64,000 nucleotides of DNA, from contig JAVKOQ020000055.1 of NCBI GenBank assembly GCA_031835245.2, positions 62,001 to 126,000 of the forward strand, read 5' to 3'. Position 1 is the stretch's first letter. Each line of letters begins with the position of its first letter. The notes below the pieces were generated by a model. That model saw nothing but the letters and a program-made list of their open reading frames with translations. It was not told the DNA's origin and did not search any database. This DNA is from Balamuthia mandrillaris (taxonomy: Eukaryota). Positions 1-11,967 of this stretch are shown here, piece by piece. Made by a program: the position numbers and the translations under genes.

Positions 1-106
1 AAGAAGAAGAGAAAGAGCAGAGAGAGTCCGAAGAAGAAGAAGAAGAAGAAGAAGGAGAACAAGAAGAAGAAAAATAGAAAGACCAAGGAGAGGAGATCAG
101 TACTGA

Positions 107-1017
107 ATGGAGATTCGTCGCAGAAAGGGAACGGGGGCGAGTGGCAGCAGAGCGAGCGTCTCGCCAGCCATCTACGAGGAGCAGCCAGAACGAGAGGCCT
201 TGCTCTCCTCTCACCCCTCTTTCGCAGAAGAAGAGGGAGGCGAGCCTGCCTCCTCTTCTTCTCTCGCTCGAGCGTCCTCCTCTCGCCACCAGCAACAACA
301 ACAGCAGGCCCTTCTGAACGAGGCCAGGTCGGTGGCTCTGGCGGGTTGCTCCTCCTCCTCCGTCGCTCTGGCCAATGTGGTGGCCTACCTTTGGAGGCAG
401 GTCGTGGAGTGCCTGCAGTCATGGGTCTTCTCCTCGATGCCAGGCCTTCCTAGCCAAGCCCCTGAGCTCGATGCTCATCTCCTGTACGCCTCACCTCTTC
501 TCCTTACTCTTCTCTCTCTCTCTCTCTCTCTCTTGTCCTCTGTGTCGTTCTATTTCTCATCTCAACTCAGCTCTCTCCTCGTTTTTTCTTCTTTTACGCG
601 TCTGTACATCTGTGCTTCTCTCTCTTCTCTCTTCTCTGCTCCTATGCTTCTTGATTTCGGCCTTCTTATTCGCTCACGCTGAAACTGTTCTCTTTTTCCT
701 TTGTTCTCCGGACAGTGAATATTTGGACGAGTTCAAAACGAAGATAAAAACGCCATACGATCGTGAGAACGAACAACACGAGGCGCAACTGCTCCTCTTG
801 TGGAAGCACTCCTTTCCCTCCGAAGAATTGGATGACAGGGTGACGCCCCAATGGAAAAAGTTGGGCTTTCAAGGTATTTTATCTTCTGAGCACTTCAAAA
901 GAAAGAATAGAGAGAAATGGAGAACAAAGAAGAAAAGAAGGAGTAAAACTTGAGCATAAAAACGACTCGAGAAGGAGATTGGAGAGGAAGAAAACACAGC
1001 TGCAAACTAAAGCTCGT

Positions 1018-1065
<48 letters not shown>

Positions 1066-1747
1066 CTCTCTCGCAACAGGCAAAGATCCAGCGACAGACT
1101 TCAGAGGAAGTGGTGTCTTTGGTCTCAATAACTTGTTGTACTTTGCAGCAACTTATCCTCCAAGCTTTCGTCGACTGTTGCACGGTCGACACCAAAAAGA
1201 AAAGTACCCATTCGCCATCACTGGAATGAACCTCACCAACCTCCTCTTTGCCATTTTGGGGTTTGGTTTCTTGCCAACTTCCATTCGAACAGACTCTTCT
1301 TCAACTTCCACTTCCTCTTTGAAAGCCCGACGAGCATTTGCTAAATTGTTGCATCAAGCCGCTGCAAGCCAGAACACAGAACAAAACACAGTTGAAGAAG
1401 AACGAGAAAAAGGAAGAGAAAAAAACGTTGGCTGGAGTTTTGATGATGAAGAAAACGAGGAATCTTTCATGAATGATGAGAAAGAAAAAGAGGAGCTACA
1501 AGAACAAGAGAGAATGACTGAAACAAATCAAGCCTTTGAGGAAGTCTACTGCTTGACGTTTTATTGGTTCGATGAACTATGGCAAGCCATGGATGCTCAT
1601 TATATGAGCTTTCCTGCCGTCCTGGAAAGAACGAAACAAAAGGTGGAATGCGAGTTGCCGAAGTACGAAAGGTTGGAGCAGCTCGTTCAACACAACACCC
1701 AGCTGATGATGAATTTCCAGTCTTCCTCAGAGAAGACGAATGAATAA
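107..1747 (+). CDS. ELMO/CED-12 domain protein (ELMOD-like Arf/Arl GAP); exons 107-483, 716-873, 1080-1747
   Basis: In-frame GT-AG splicing gives WKKLGFQG-KDPATDFRGSGVFGL and YPFAITGMNLT, typical ELMO-domain motifs. Confidence 0.9.
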
Positions 1748-1755
1748 ATGTACGT

Positions 1756-1793
<38 letters not shown>

Positions 1794-1977
1794 CTCTATC
1801 GTTCTTCTTTTCTAGATGTCTTCTGCTTCAGAATTTCATCACTCTTCTCCTTTCAGCTTTGTCTTTGTTCTCTTTTTCTCACTTATTTCTTCTCATTTTA
1901 CGCTATGTTTCGTCAAGTATTTTATTTGTTATTTGTACTCTCTTTTTTCTTTCTTTCTTCCTCTGTTTGTGTTGCTT

Positions 1978-2947
1978 TTAGTTGCTTTCTCCTTCTTGAG
2001 TCAATACACGAAATAAGAGAGCAGCAAAGCGATCGTATCCGGCTGGCGTCATGTGCAAAGCATCATCCCACAAGTTTTCTTCTCCTCCTTCGCCTTCCTT
2101 TGAATGCTTTTTGCTACCTTGGTACGGCAATTCTTTTTCCAAGTCGAGAAAGAGCCATCTCCCTTCTCCTCCTTCTTCTTGTTGTTGCCTAACTTTGGCT
2201 CTAAGAGCTTCGTTCACTGCTGTCCTCTTTTCGACATACCACTTTTCCTTTATATTTGTTCTTATCAATCAGGACCAAAGCAAACGAATGAAAGAGAACG
2301 AAAGGACACGAAAGAAAGTAAGAAAGAACGCACCGTGAAAGAGGCTTCAGGAATGGTAACGGCAACGGAACGAGCCCCAAACTGGTGCACGATATCATGC
2401 AGCCTGCATATGTCTTGGAAGATATCGTCTGCTGGACGGCTTGAAGAGGTAAGAAGCAAAGTAAGTAAGCTACAACAAGAAGAAAGAGAATGAAGAAAGA
2501 AGGAGCAGGACGGAAGATAGAAGAAAGAAACAGGAGAAGAGAAAGAAGAGAAGGAAGAAGCAGAAGAAGGAAAACGAACCTGCCAAGGTCATTGGTGCCA
2601 CCGAGAATGATAACGTGGGTGTAACGCGGTGCAAGCGGATGGCAATCCCGTCTCTTCTTCAACAGTTTGGGCAACCGCAAAACCATCTCTTGCACAGTCT
2701 CGCCAGATATGCCTGCCTGGTCAATCTTTTTTTTTGTGGAGATAGATTAAAAACAAAGTCATCTCAAATCTCTCTCTTTGCTAACCTGGGTTTCGTGGTT
2801 GGCGGCTGTCAAAAGTTTTTGAAGGTGGTCGCTGTACGGATGAAAGCGACGACCTCCAGCGTAATAGCCTTCCGTCAAAGAGTCACCAAAAGCCAGCATG
2901 TCCAACGATGCCTTCTTCCTCGTCGTCTCTGTTCCGCTGTTGTTCAT
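1978..2947 (-). CDS. SGNH/GDSL hydrolase, multi-exon
   Basis: Block I FGDSLTEG, block II GISGET, block III LGGTND, block V DDALHMTPAGY. Confidence 0.9.
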
Positions 2948-3113
2948 CTTTTCTCTTCTTACGCTACGCTTTTGTGGTCCTTTGCTTCAATTTTTGAGGC
3001 CAATTGCTGCACAGATGTGTTCATCGTGCAGTCATCGTGGTCATAAACATCACAAAAACTGATCCTTTTGTGCACATCAGAAAGAAAGCAGCAATACAAG
3101 AACGAGTAGTGGA

Positions 3114-4346
3114 ATGGACGTCCTGCCGCTGGAGCTTTGGTGCAACGTGTTTGCCTTCCTGGACACCACCAGCCTCCTGCGTGCCACCCTGGTCTCCCAC
3201 AAATGGCGCGGTGTGGTCTGGCAGGGCGCCACCCACTACAAGATCAACACCGCCTTTTTCGCCAGGCTTCGCGGGGGCGCCTCCAAGCAGAAGGAGGCCC
3301 TCTCCAACGTGCTCCGGTTCCTCTCCACCAACTGCCCTCGCCTTCGCTCCTTGGACCTCTCCAACACCAACATCGTCCTGACCCCAGCCCTTGTGGCGGC
3401 CTTTCCTCCAGGCCTCCGCCACCTGAACCTGGAGCGTTGCACTCAGCTCTATGATGAGAGCCTATGCTGCCTGCCCTCCTCCTTGTGCTCCCTCACTCTG
3501 GACCTCAACGCCCAACTCACCAACAAAGCTTTGAACCATCTGCCCAAGGGCCTAAAGCAGCTGCGTCTCAGCCATTGCTGGCAGCTCAACGACCGTTCCT
3601 TCCTGGAGGTGCATGGCTCCAGTGAAGCAGAAGGAAGCGGGATGCCATCGCGCCCTTTGTGGGACCAGCTGGAACTGTTGGACTTGTCCAGTTGCTGGAA
3701 GTTGAGTGATGCCGCTTTGCAGAAGCTCTCTTCGTTCACCACTCTGAAAACCCTAGACCTCAACAACTGCTCCTTCAGCGACCAAGGCTTGGCCTACCTG
3801 CCTCCTTCCCTCAGGGTCTTGATCCTGGAGCGGTGTGACCAGATGCGAGGGACCGGCTTTCATCTCTTGGGAGAGGGGTTGGAGGAGCTCAACATTTCAT
3901 TTTGTTCAAGGATCGTTGTGGAGGCTTTTGCTGGTTTGCCCAAAAGACTGTTGAAGCTCGAGATGGCAGGTACATATCCTTAGTCTTGTTCTTTCCTTTT
4001 TTCTTTCTCCCGCTCTTCGGTTTTCTTTTCGTTTCTTCAATAACAACAATGAAAAGGGATGGTCTATTTGAAGGACGAACACATGGAAGTGCTTCCTCGC
4101 TCGCTTCAAAGTCTGAACATAGCAGAATGCGTGCATATCACGGATGAAGGTTTGCTCCGGTTACCGCCTACTCTTGTTCGCTTGACCCTCTCCAAGACCA
4201 AAGTCACAGCACAAGGACTGCATCAGTGCGCCTTGCACTTACGAAAGCTGCGAGAGGTCAACATCCAAGGCTGTAAACTCATCAAAGAAGACCACTTGAA
4301 CGAGCTTCGGCACCACTTTGGCGAGAGGATTCGTTTCGCCTTTTAA
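3114..4346 (+). CDS. F-box/leucine-rich repeat protein (one intron ~3970-4057)
   Basis: N-terminal LPLELWCNVFAFL...VSHKWR F-box followed by many LxxLxLxxC LRRs (LPxxLxxL spacers). Confidence 0.9.
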
Positions 4347-4412
4347 GAATGTCGACTAAATCTGTTGCGGCAACAAAAAAACAAAAATAGCAAAAGAAGA
4401 GCGAAGATTTTC

Positions 4413-4751
4413 ATGTTGACCAGAGGCCTCTTGCTTCGTCGCTCCTTCTCAACGGTTCACCATCCCTCCCCTGCCTCCTTGCTTGCGAGGGTGAAGGAGC
4501 TCTCAGCCGGGGTCAACACGGACAAAGACAACTACGTGGACGAGAGCGGGGTGATCTACCTCTCTACCAAAGGTTGGACCGTGGACGATGTCCAGTCCGC
4601 CAGAACGGACCTGATGGACCACTACCACGTCATGAACTGCCACACCTTCAAGCGCATGAGGCTGGAGCCCTTATCCAACGAGAAGCACTCCGAGGTGCGA
4701 AAGATGTATCCTCTGCCGTTTGACGGCTTTCAACAAGAAAACAAAAAATAA
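4413..4751 (+). CDS. Small (112 aa) intronless hypothetical protein, possible mitochondrial presequence
   Basis: Coding-like ORF between two genes; N-terminus MLTRGLLLRRSFS is Arg/Leu/Ser-rich with no acidic residues. Confidence 0.6.
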   Translation: MLTRGLLLRRSFSTVHHPSPASLLARVKELSAGVNTDKDNYVDESGVIYLSTKGWTVDDVQSARTDLMDHYHVMNCHTFKRMRLEPLSNEKHSEVRKMYPLPFDGFQQENKK

Positions 4752-4897
4752 TGTGTTGCCACCGGGTGTCGAACCTACGATAATCTTGTCTACACTTTAA
4801 AAAAACAAAATTGTTGCTTACGAGCATCGAACTGGTGCAACGTCTTCGCAGAAAAAAAAATGTGGAAGAAAAATAAAAAGAAATAAAATAAATAAAG

Positions 4898-7000
4898 ATG
4901 AGCCAACAGCAGCAGACGCTGAGACTGAATCCACACCAACCAGGGGGCTCCGTGCAGAGCGCCTCTTCCTTGTTTGACAGCGTGCAGCCGGATGTAAATC
5001 TGCTCAGTCAGCTGGTGGAGATGGGATTTCCTCCAGAAAGGGCCAGAATGGCCTTGCAAGCCGTCCACAACAAGCACCTTGCTGCCGCCATGGACTGGTA
5101 CGTTCTGCTACTTTTTCTTTTTCTTCTTGTTCTTTTCTTCTTCTTGTTGGTATTCGTTCTTGTTCTTGTTCTTGTTCTTCTGCTTGTTCTTCTTCTTCTT
5201 CTTGTTGTTCTTCTTCTTCTTCTTCTTGTTCTTCTTCTTCTTCTTCTTGTTCTTGTTCTTCTTCTTGTTCTTGTTCTTGTTCTTGTTCTTCTTCTTGTTC
5301 TTCTTGTTCTTCTTCTTCTTCTTCTCCTTCTTCTCCTTCTTCTTCTTCTTCTTCTTCTTTCTCTTCTTTCTCTTCAACTTAACGCTACAAAAACCAACTA
5401 CAGGCTTCTTGAGCATCCCCAACAAGAAGAAGAGCAACGGCTGTCGTCAGCACCGGCTTCCACTACAACAAACTCCACGCCAACGACTGCTACTGCCACT
5501 ACCACTTCAACAACTCCTTCACCCGCTTTTGCTGTCACTTCTCACAACAGCCATGCCGTAACCACAAAAGAAGAGCAGGAGAGAAGAGACAGAGAGGAGC
5601 GACAAAGAGCCAAAGAGCTGGAGGCAGCCAAGCTGGAGAAGCAAAGAGCATTGGCAGAGAAGGAGAGAATACGACAAAGAATAGCTGAAATGAAGAAAGA
5701 GCGGCAACAAAAAGTTTGCTTTTGCCTTTCTCCTTTTTTTTCTGTTTTTTGTTTTTAACTGTGATCTCTCCCACAGTATAACCGAAGATCTGCTTCGGAG
5801 ACAAACAATGATACTTCAAGTTCATCAATGGCCCCATCCTCAACTACCACGTCATCGACTACGACCACAACTTCAGCAACAAGAGCTTCTGGCCCAGCAC
5901 TTATTCAAGTTACTGTCTTTTTTATTGTTTTACAAGAAGAAAGAAGTAAAGCAGCAAGAAGCAAGAAGCAAGAAGAAAGTAGAAGAAAACGAAGGAGGAG
6001 TTACTGAAGAAGAAAGTGGAGACTAAAATTGAACTTACTAAGCATTCATCTGACAATACCCACAGATTCGTCTACCCTCAGGAGAGGCACTGCGACATAC
6101 CTTTCAAGCGGAGGATAGCCTGGCATGTGTACAAAGCCTTGTTTGTGAGAGGCTGGGAAAGGATGCCACCGAGTTCACTCTCCTTCAACCTGTACCTAGA
6201 AAGGAATTCACTCAAGAAATGATGAACATGACTCTTGCTGAAGCTGGTATCCTCTTTTCTCTTTTCTCTTTGCTGAGTTTCTTCCTGTAGCTCTTGTTTC
6301 TGCTTACAACGAAAAGATCTTTACTAATTCTGTGCTATTTGTGTTGAAGAGTTGGCGCCACGCGGAGCTTTAACTGTAATGAATGTCGAGTCTCGTGGCG
6401 TTGTACGAGGAGCAGATGAAGATACTGTTGATTACGTACATTCGCTATCCTGCATGTCTTTCCTCTTACTTTATTTTGGTTAACTAAAATCTCTCTTCCG
6501 TTTCAGACGCGACCGCGGTGGTACCACAGAAGAGGCTTTGGGCCTATGGAGTCTGAAGATAGTGAATACACTTCGAGCGACGATGAAGACTATGAAGACG
6601 ACGAAGAGGAAATGAGTTACGAGGTACATTTTGATTTCCAAAGCCACCCTTTTTTCCAGTTTATCTGTTCCCTCTTTGCTTAAGCTTCTTTATTTATTAG
6701 CGTCTGCTAGAACTACAAGAACGAATCGGAAACGTGGCAACAGGAGCCACGCAAGAACAAATCGACAGAATTCCTCTTTCTCAAATGAGTTACTCCAACA
6801 AAGCGCCACCACAAGGACGAGCAAGGGAAGAAGAAGAAAAGCATTGGTGTCCCGTTTGCCAGGCTCCAGTGGAGGAAGGCGAGTGGGCGCGCACGTTGCT
6901 CTGTGGCCATGCCTTTCATCAGCAGTGCATCGATCGGTGGCTGAGCTGCAAGAAGACCTGTCCCACCTGCACCCAACGCATCGACGCCATCCAAGCATGA
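4898..7000 (+). CDS. UBA + UBX + RING-H2 protein, multi-exon
   Basis: UBA (LVEMGFP...AAMDWLLEH); UBX (IRLPSGE...FTLLQPVPRKEF...AELAPRGAL); MSYERLLELQERIGNV; RING-H2 CPVC...CGHAFHQQC...CPTC; junctions from UBX to RING are in phase. Confidence 0.85.
5110..5375. repeat. Intronic (CTT/GTT)n compound microsatellite
   Basis: Direct reading; lies in intron 1 of the UBA-UBX-RING gene. Confidence 0.95.
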
Positions 7001-7263
7001 GAAGAGGCGAGTACTCGCTCTCGATTATGATAATATACGAGCTTCGCCGTTTGTTATTAGGTTGGTTAGAATTCTACACGGCAAGCAATTATGATAATAT
7101 GTAAATACTAATACCGTATGTATGGTCAACATCGTATGCTATGAACATAGTTGCATATCCGTCATGCTTGTCGTTTTTATCATTTTTATCAATTTTGGCA
7201 TGTTTATCATTGTTTGCATTTTTATCATTTTTGTCATTATACGTAAAAGTAACAAAACGAAGT

Positions 7264-9187
7264 ATGTGGCTTCCCGATGAACTGGTGGTGCACGTCCTAT
7301 CGTTTGGCGGTCCTTCCTTCTGGGCAAGAGCGGCTCTGGTTTGCCGTCATTGGAGTTGCGTAGTCAACAACAACCACTCTTACCTCTTTGCCGCAAAGCG
7401 CAATCAAATCGTTGGCGATGGGTTTAACGTGTTTGTGGCCAGCCCCTCTCCACTCATTTACAACAACGACACAACCACTGTAAGCCGTTCCGTTTGGCCG
7501 CACGAGGTGGTGAACGCTTTGGTGGGAAGGATCGTTTTTGCGGGTAGTTCGCACCAAAGGACTTGTCTTTCTTGTCAAACTGTAGAAAAGGTTTTATTTA
7601 TTTTATTTTTAAAGTTTATTTTATTTTATTTTATTTTTATTTTATTTTATTTTATTTACTTAGTTATTGTTTTTTGTTTTGTTTTTATTATTTTATTCTT
7701 CATTCATTCATTTTTTTATTTTATTTATTTGGTTTTTATTGTTTTGCTAAAGAAATAAACACACATTTATAGAAAGAGCGGTTGAACCTGATATATGCAG
7801 AGGCGCAAAGATCCTCCACGCTTTTGCCCGACCTGTTTCTCTTTCGTGGATGGCTGGATGCTCTCATCGTGGTAGAGGTTTCATCTCTCAACAACAACAA
7901 GAACGTTGCCTCTCCCATTTCTTCTTCTCTCATCTCTCTGTTCGAGCTTGGCAGAAAGAATATGGATTTTAATCACTTGGAGACATCGAACGTGAGAACG
8001 AACGATCACGAGAGGACAAAGAGGCGCAACAAATCGAAGAAGAAAAGCAGGCATCATGAGGAAGAAGAAGAAAAGGAACAAGAAGAAAGAGAGCAACGAG
8101 CAGAACGAAAACAAAAGACACCAATTTTGCTTCTTACTGACAACTTTTCTTCCGCTGCTTCCTCTTCATCCTCAGCAACAACAATAACGACTGCTTCTTT
8201 GAAAGAAGTTCTATCGCTGAGCAACAAAGAAGAGAAGGTTTTAGAATTGTTGATTCAACTATTGTTAAAGGAGAACGGTGAAGAAGTTAAGACGACGAGA
8301 ATGGATGTTACGGCTGCCTGAAGCACTATGCCTTAGCATCATGGACACCAATCCTCCTTATACCTCCATCGAGAACTTAAGTGGTGGTTGGTAGCGACCT
8401 TATTCTTTCCTCTTTCTCTTCTTTGTTTCTTTTATTTTCTTTGTTGCCTCTTTTCATCAGTCTTCTTTCTTTCTCGCTGTCTCACCACTAATTGGTAGGA
8501 CTACTTCGAGTGGCTGTTCTCAAAGGCACTTTTGAGAGAGGGGGCGACATTCAAGTACTTCCAGGCCGCATCATTCGCAACAACACAAACCACGAAGAAG
8601 ATGACATGGAAACAGAGAACGAATGTCGTTATGACTACTGCTATCAACCTTACTCAACTCGACTGGCGAATATCTTTGAAGCCAACGAACTAGACCGAAA
8701 CTGCTCGGGAGAACAGTATTCCAGTACCGGCAAAGAAGTGGCCGTGAAAGGAGGATTAGCATTATTCAACACCACACTCGACCCATCCCTTTATAAGAAC
8801 TCTTCTTTCTATTCATTTCAGGTTTGTTGTTTTGCTCTTTGGTTAGTGTTGCGTCTTTTTAAACAAAAAAAAAACGTTAACTGGAAAGCGAGTTGCGTCG
8901 TTGCATGGAACTACTGTCAAAGTGTGGGTAGAGATAGAGGTAGCCTTTTGTTATCTCAACAACATGCTACCACCTGGTCCTTCCGGTACACCTGTTTTGG
9001 TTTGTTGTCATTCTTCTTTCTTCTTGAATCCCCTTGATGTTTTTCTTTCTCTTTCTGCTGTCCTTCTTCATTCTTCTGTTTATCTTATAATAACAAACAA
9101 AAAGCGTATCAGCAACCAGAGGATGAAGCAAGGCGAAAGGATCCTATGCAGAACAGGAGAAACAGCGATGAACATCTCCATCCTTAA
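7264..9187 (+). CDS. F-box protein of unknown C-terminal function, multi-exon, with an apparent frameshift near 8272; 3' end uncertain
   Basis: MWLPDELVVHVLSF...VCRHW F-box; exons rejoin in phase only if the frame shifts at ~8270-8275. Confidence 0.55.
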
Positions 9188-9615
9188 CATTTGCAACAGC
9201 AAGAATGGCCAAGCGATGACCCTGCGCGGAAAGCCACAAATGCCGCTATGTGCTGCCGTCGATGATCCCATCATGTTCTTTCTTCCTTTCGTTAGGCGAT
9301 TGTCCAACGGTTTGTCGCGCCGTTGGGAACCTGCTGCTATCGGCAAGGTGCTTGCTTCGGGTGTTGTTTGTACGCTTCTTCCAACAACATAAAGAGAGGG
9401 AATAGGATAATCTATTTTTCTCGTTGAAACGGATGTTTTCCAAGGTTATAAGCAAACGTCGAGAAACAAGGAAGGTACGCAGGGCAGCACCCAAATGTTG
9501 TGGTCTGCACGTATCAGCTGCTTGTCCCAAGGCAGTCATTGGCGTTGGTGGAAAAGAACTATAAAATACCGGTAATTTCATGATTGAGCAAAATAAAGAT
9601 GAATTGGGCATCAGT

Positions 9616-9687
9616 GGGAGTTTAGCTCAGTGGCAGAGCATCTCGTTTACACCGAGAAGGCCGTCGGTTCGAAACCGGCAATTCCCT
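9616..9687 (+). tRNA. tRNA-Val (anticodon TAC)
   Basis: Cloverleaf GGGAGTT/AATTCCC, D stem GCTC/GAGC, anticodon stem TCTCG/CGAGA around TT-TAC-AC, T loop TTCGAAA; downstream T runs. Confidence 0.93.
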
Positions 9688-9896
9688 TAACCTTTTCTTT
9701 TTTTTTCTTCCTTTATTTTTTTTTCTTTGTTTTCGTTCTCTCAGCTTCTGCTTCTTGTGAGATGATCTGTTTGTTTAGTTGTTTTTTGTCTGAAAGGTAA
9801 GCAACGTGCGTCAGCTCCTGCTCTCCGTCTGAATCCCACTCCCCTCACGTTCTTTTGCTTTCTTGGCGTTTCTAGAAAAAAAAAAGGGGCATGGTT

Positions 9897-10534
9897 TCAT
9901 GTTGTTTCCGTCGTTCCTTGCAACCCAAAGAAGCGCTCCGCAGTGGCTGTTGTTTCCTCCGCCACTTTCTCCACCGGCAACTCCATGCACTCTGCCACCT
10001 TTTGCAACACAAACGGAAGCAACGCCGGTTCATTTCTCTTTCTTCCTCCTCCCCCTCCTTTGAAAGATGAGGGCACGTTCCAAGGAAACAAGAATGGGGC
10101 ATCCGTCTCGATCATCAGTCGGTTCAGCGGAATCAGTTTCACCAGTTGTTGCAACTCTTTGCCCCTCCTCTCATCGCAGATCCAGCCGGTGATGCCGATG
10201 TGGAGGTCCATCTCTAAGTAGGCTTCCAGTTCCTCGCGGGTGCCAGTGAAGCAGTGCACGCAACCGCCGCGGGAGAGCTGGTCACGGTACTGGGAGAGGA
10301 TCTCGATGAAGCGGCTGTGGGCTTTGCGCTCGTGGAGGAAGAGCGGTTTGTCCAGCTCGCAGGCCAACTTTACTTGCTCCTCGAACCACTTGCACCCGTT
10401 GTTAGAAAGGTAAGCGAGAGAGAAACAAAACAAGAGTCGAGACCAGATGGGGCAAACAGAAATAGACATGAACGGAGGAGTACCTTCTCTTGAACAGGCT
10501 GTGGACTAAAATTGCGGTCAAAATCCTTGGATGG

Positions 10535-10590
<56 letters not shown>

Positions 10591-11594
10591 AAATAAATAA
10601 TGGTACAAGTGGTTAAAATGTCTCATAAAACTTACCAAACCGCACTCTCCTATGGCCACCATCTGCATTAAATAAAAAAGAAGAATGTCAAGCACATAAA
10701 GAAGAAGAAGGAGGAGGAAGAGGAGGAGGAGGAACCTCAGGGCGTTTGGACAACTCCCGTAATACTTTCAATGTTTTGTCATTACAGCTCTTTGCATCAT
10801 CTAGATTAACGTGCAACGTTAATGACGTCGAGAGGAACACGACCAAAACATAAACATAAACGCAACAGAGTAGTAGTAGTATTAAAAACGTACGAGGATG
10901 AACACCAGCCGTGAAATAGAAAGCAGAAGGATAGGCCAAAGCAAAGCGTTTACACAGCGCGGCTGACTGTTCGCTGCAAACAAAAAAAATAACGTGTCAA
11001 TAGAAGACAGAGAGGAGAGACCACGGAGAAGCGCGGAAGAGCGGAGAGAGAAGCAGAGAAGAGAGAGCGAAGCAGAGAAGCAGAGAACAAGAGAACAAGA
11101 GAAAAAGTGAAATGGGACCTTTCTTTGACGCTGGTCCCAGTGAGCACGAAGCGCGTGACGTTAACGTCCACAGCGCGTTGCACGAGCTGCTCCAAGTCCG
11201 CGGCGAACTGGCGGTGCCTCAGGTTGAGGCCAATGTCGACTATCGGGGGATAGTCCTCTTCGATGCGAGGGATTACCACTTCGCCACCCTGGCTGGCCCC
11301 CGCGGATGACAACGACGCTGCCAAGTCTTTGCCTCCTTGTCCTCCTCTCCCTCCCCTTCCTCTTCTCCCTCGTCCACCTCCTCCTCCTCCTCCGCCTCTT
11401 CCGCCCGCTCTGCCTCCTCCTCGTCCTCCTCCGCCGGCGCTTCGTCCCCCATCGGCCTCCTCCGCACCACCCAGCCATTCATCCGTGCTTGCTCCGCTGC
11501 TCTGGTAGCGCGGCGGTGCTCCGGTGGTCCCGCCTCCGCCTCTCCTTGCTCCTCCCCAACTCCCTCTCCCTCCGCTTGGGCCTCTTCCTTCCAT
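9897..11594 (-). CDS. tatD: TatD-family deoxyribonuclease with N-terminal RGG-rich extension, multi-exon
   Basis: IVDIGLNL, TAGVHP, AIGECGL, LFLHER, CVHCFTG, IETDAPFL, RNEP motifs. Confidence 0.93.
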
Positions 11595-11967
11595 TGCTTC
11601 TTCTTCCTTTTGGCCCAATATTTTTTTTACTTAATGGAAATTTTTTATTTGTTGAAATTTTTCTAGGAAATATTTGGACTGAATGTGTCGACAACATTAT
11701 TCGATTGTCTTTAAAAGGCAAATCGTGTCGATTAGCGCAAATGTATATAACGCCAAATTCGTTTCCAGACAAAGGCCGCCCCGCCCGCAGCGGAAAGGCG
11801 CGCATCGTCTTGGGTTTGTGCTTCGTTTGTGGACACGAATACGGCAACAGGAGAATACAAAGCAGAGAAAAGAAACAAAAGCAAAGGTTAAACAAGAAGG
11901 GTCTTGGCTCGTTTCATTCATAGGATAGGATTAGGCTTCTTCAGGACAGTTGCCTGTTGAAACTCAA

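Noticed and set aside
5079..5561. Poly-Phe/Leu/Lys ORFs here and similar ones at 27412-28414, 30248-31006, 33572-34182, 39741-40234, 52198-52878 and 59254-59979
   Set aside because: Stop-free translations of intronic or UTR microsatellites; flanking exons splice around them
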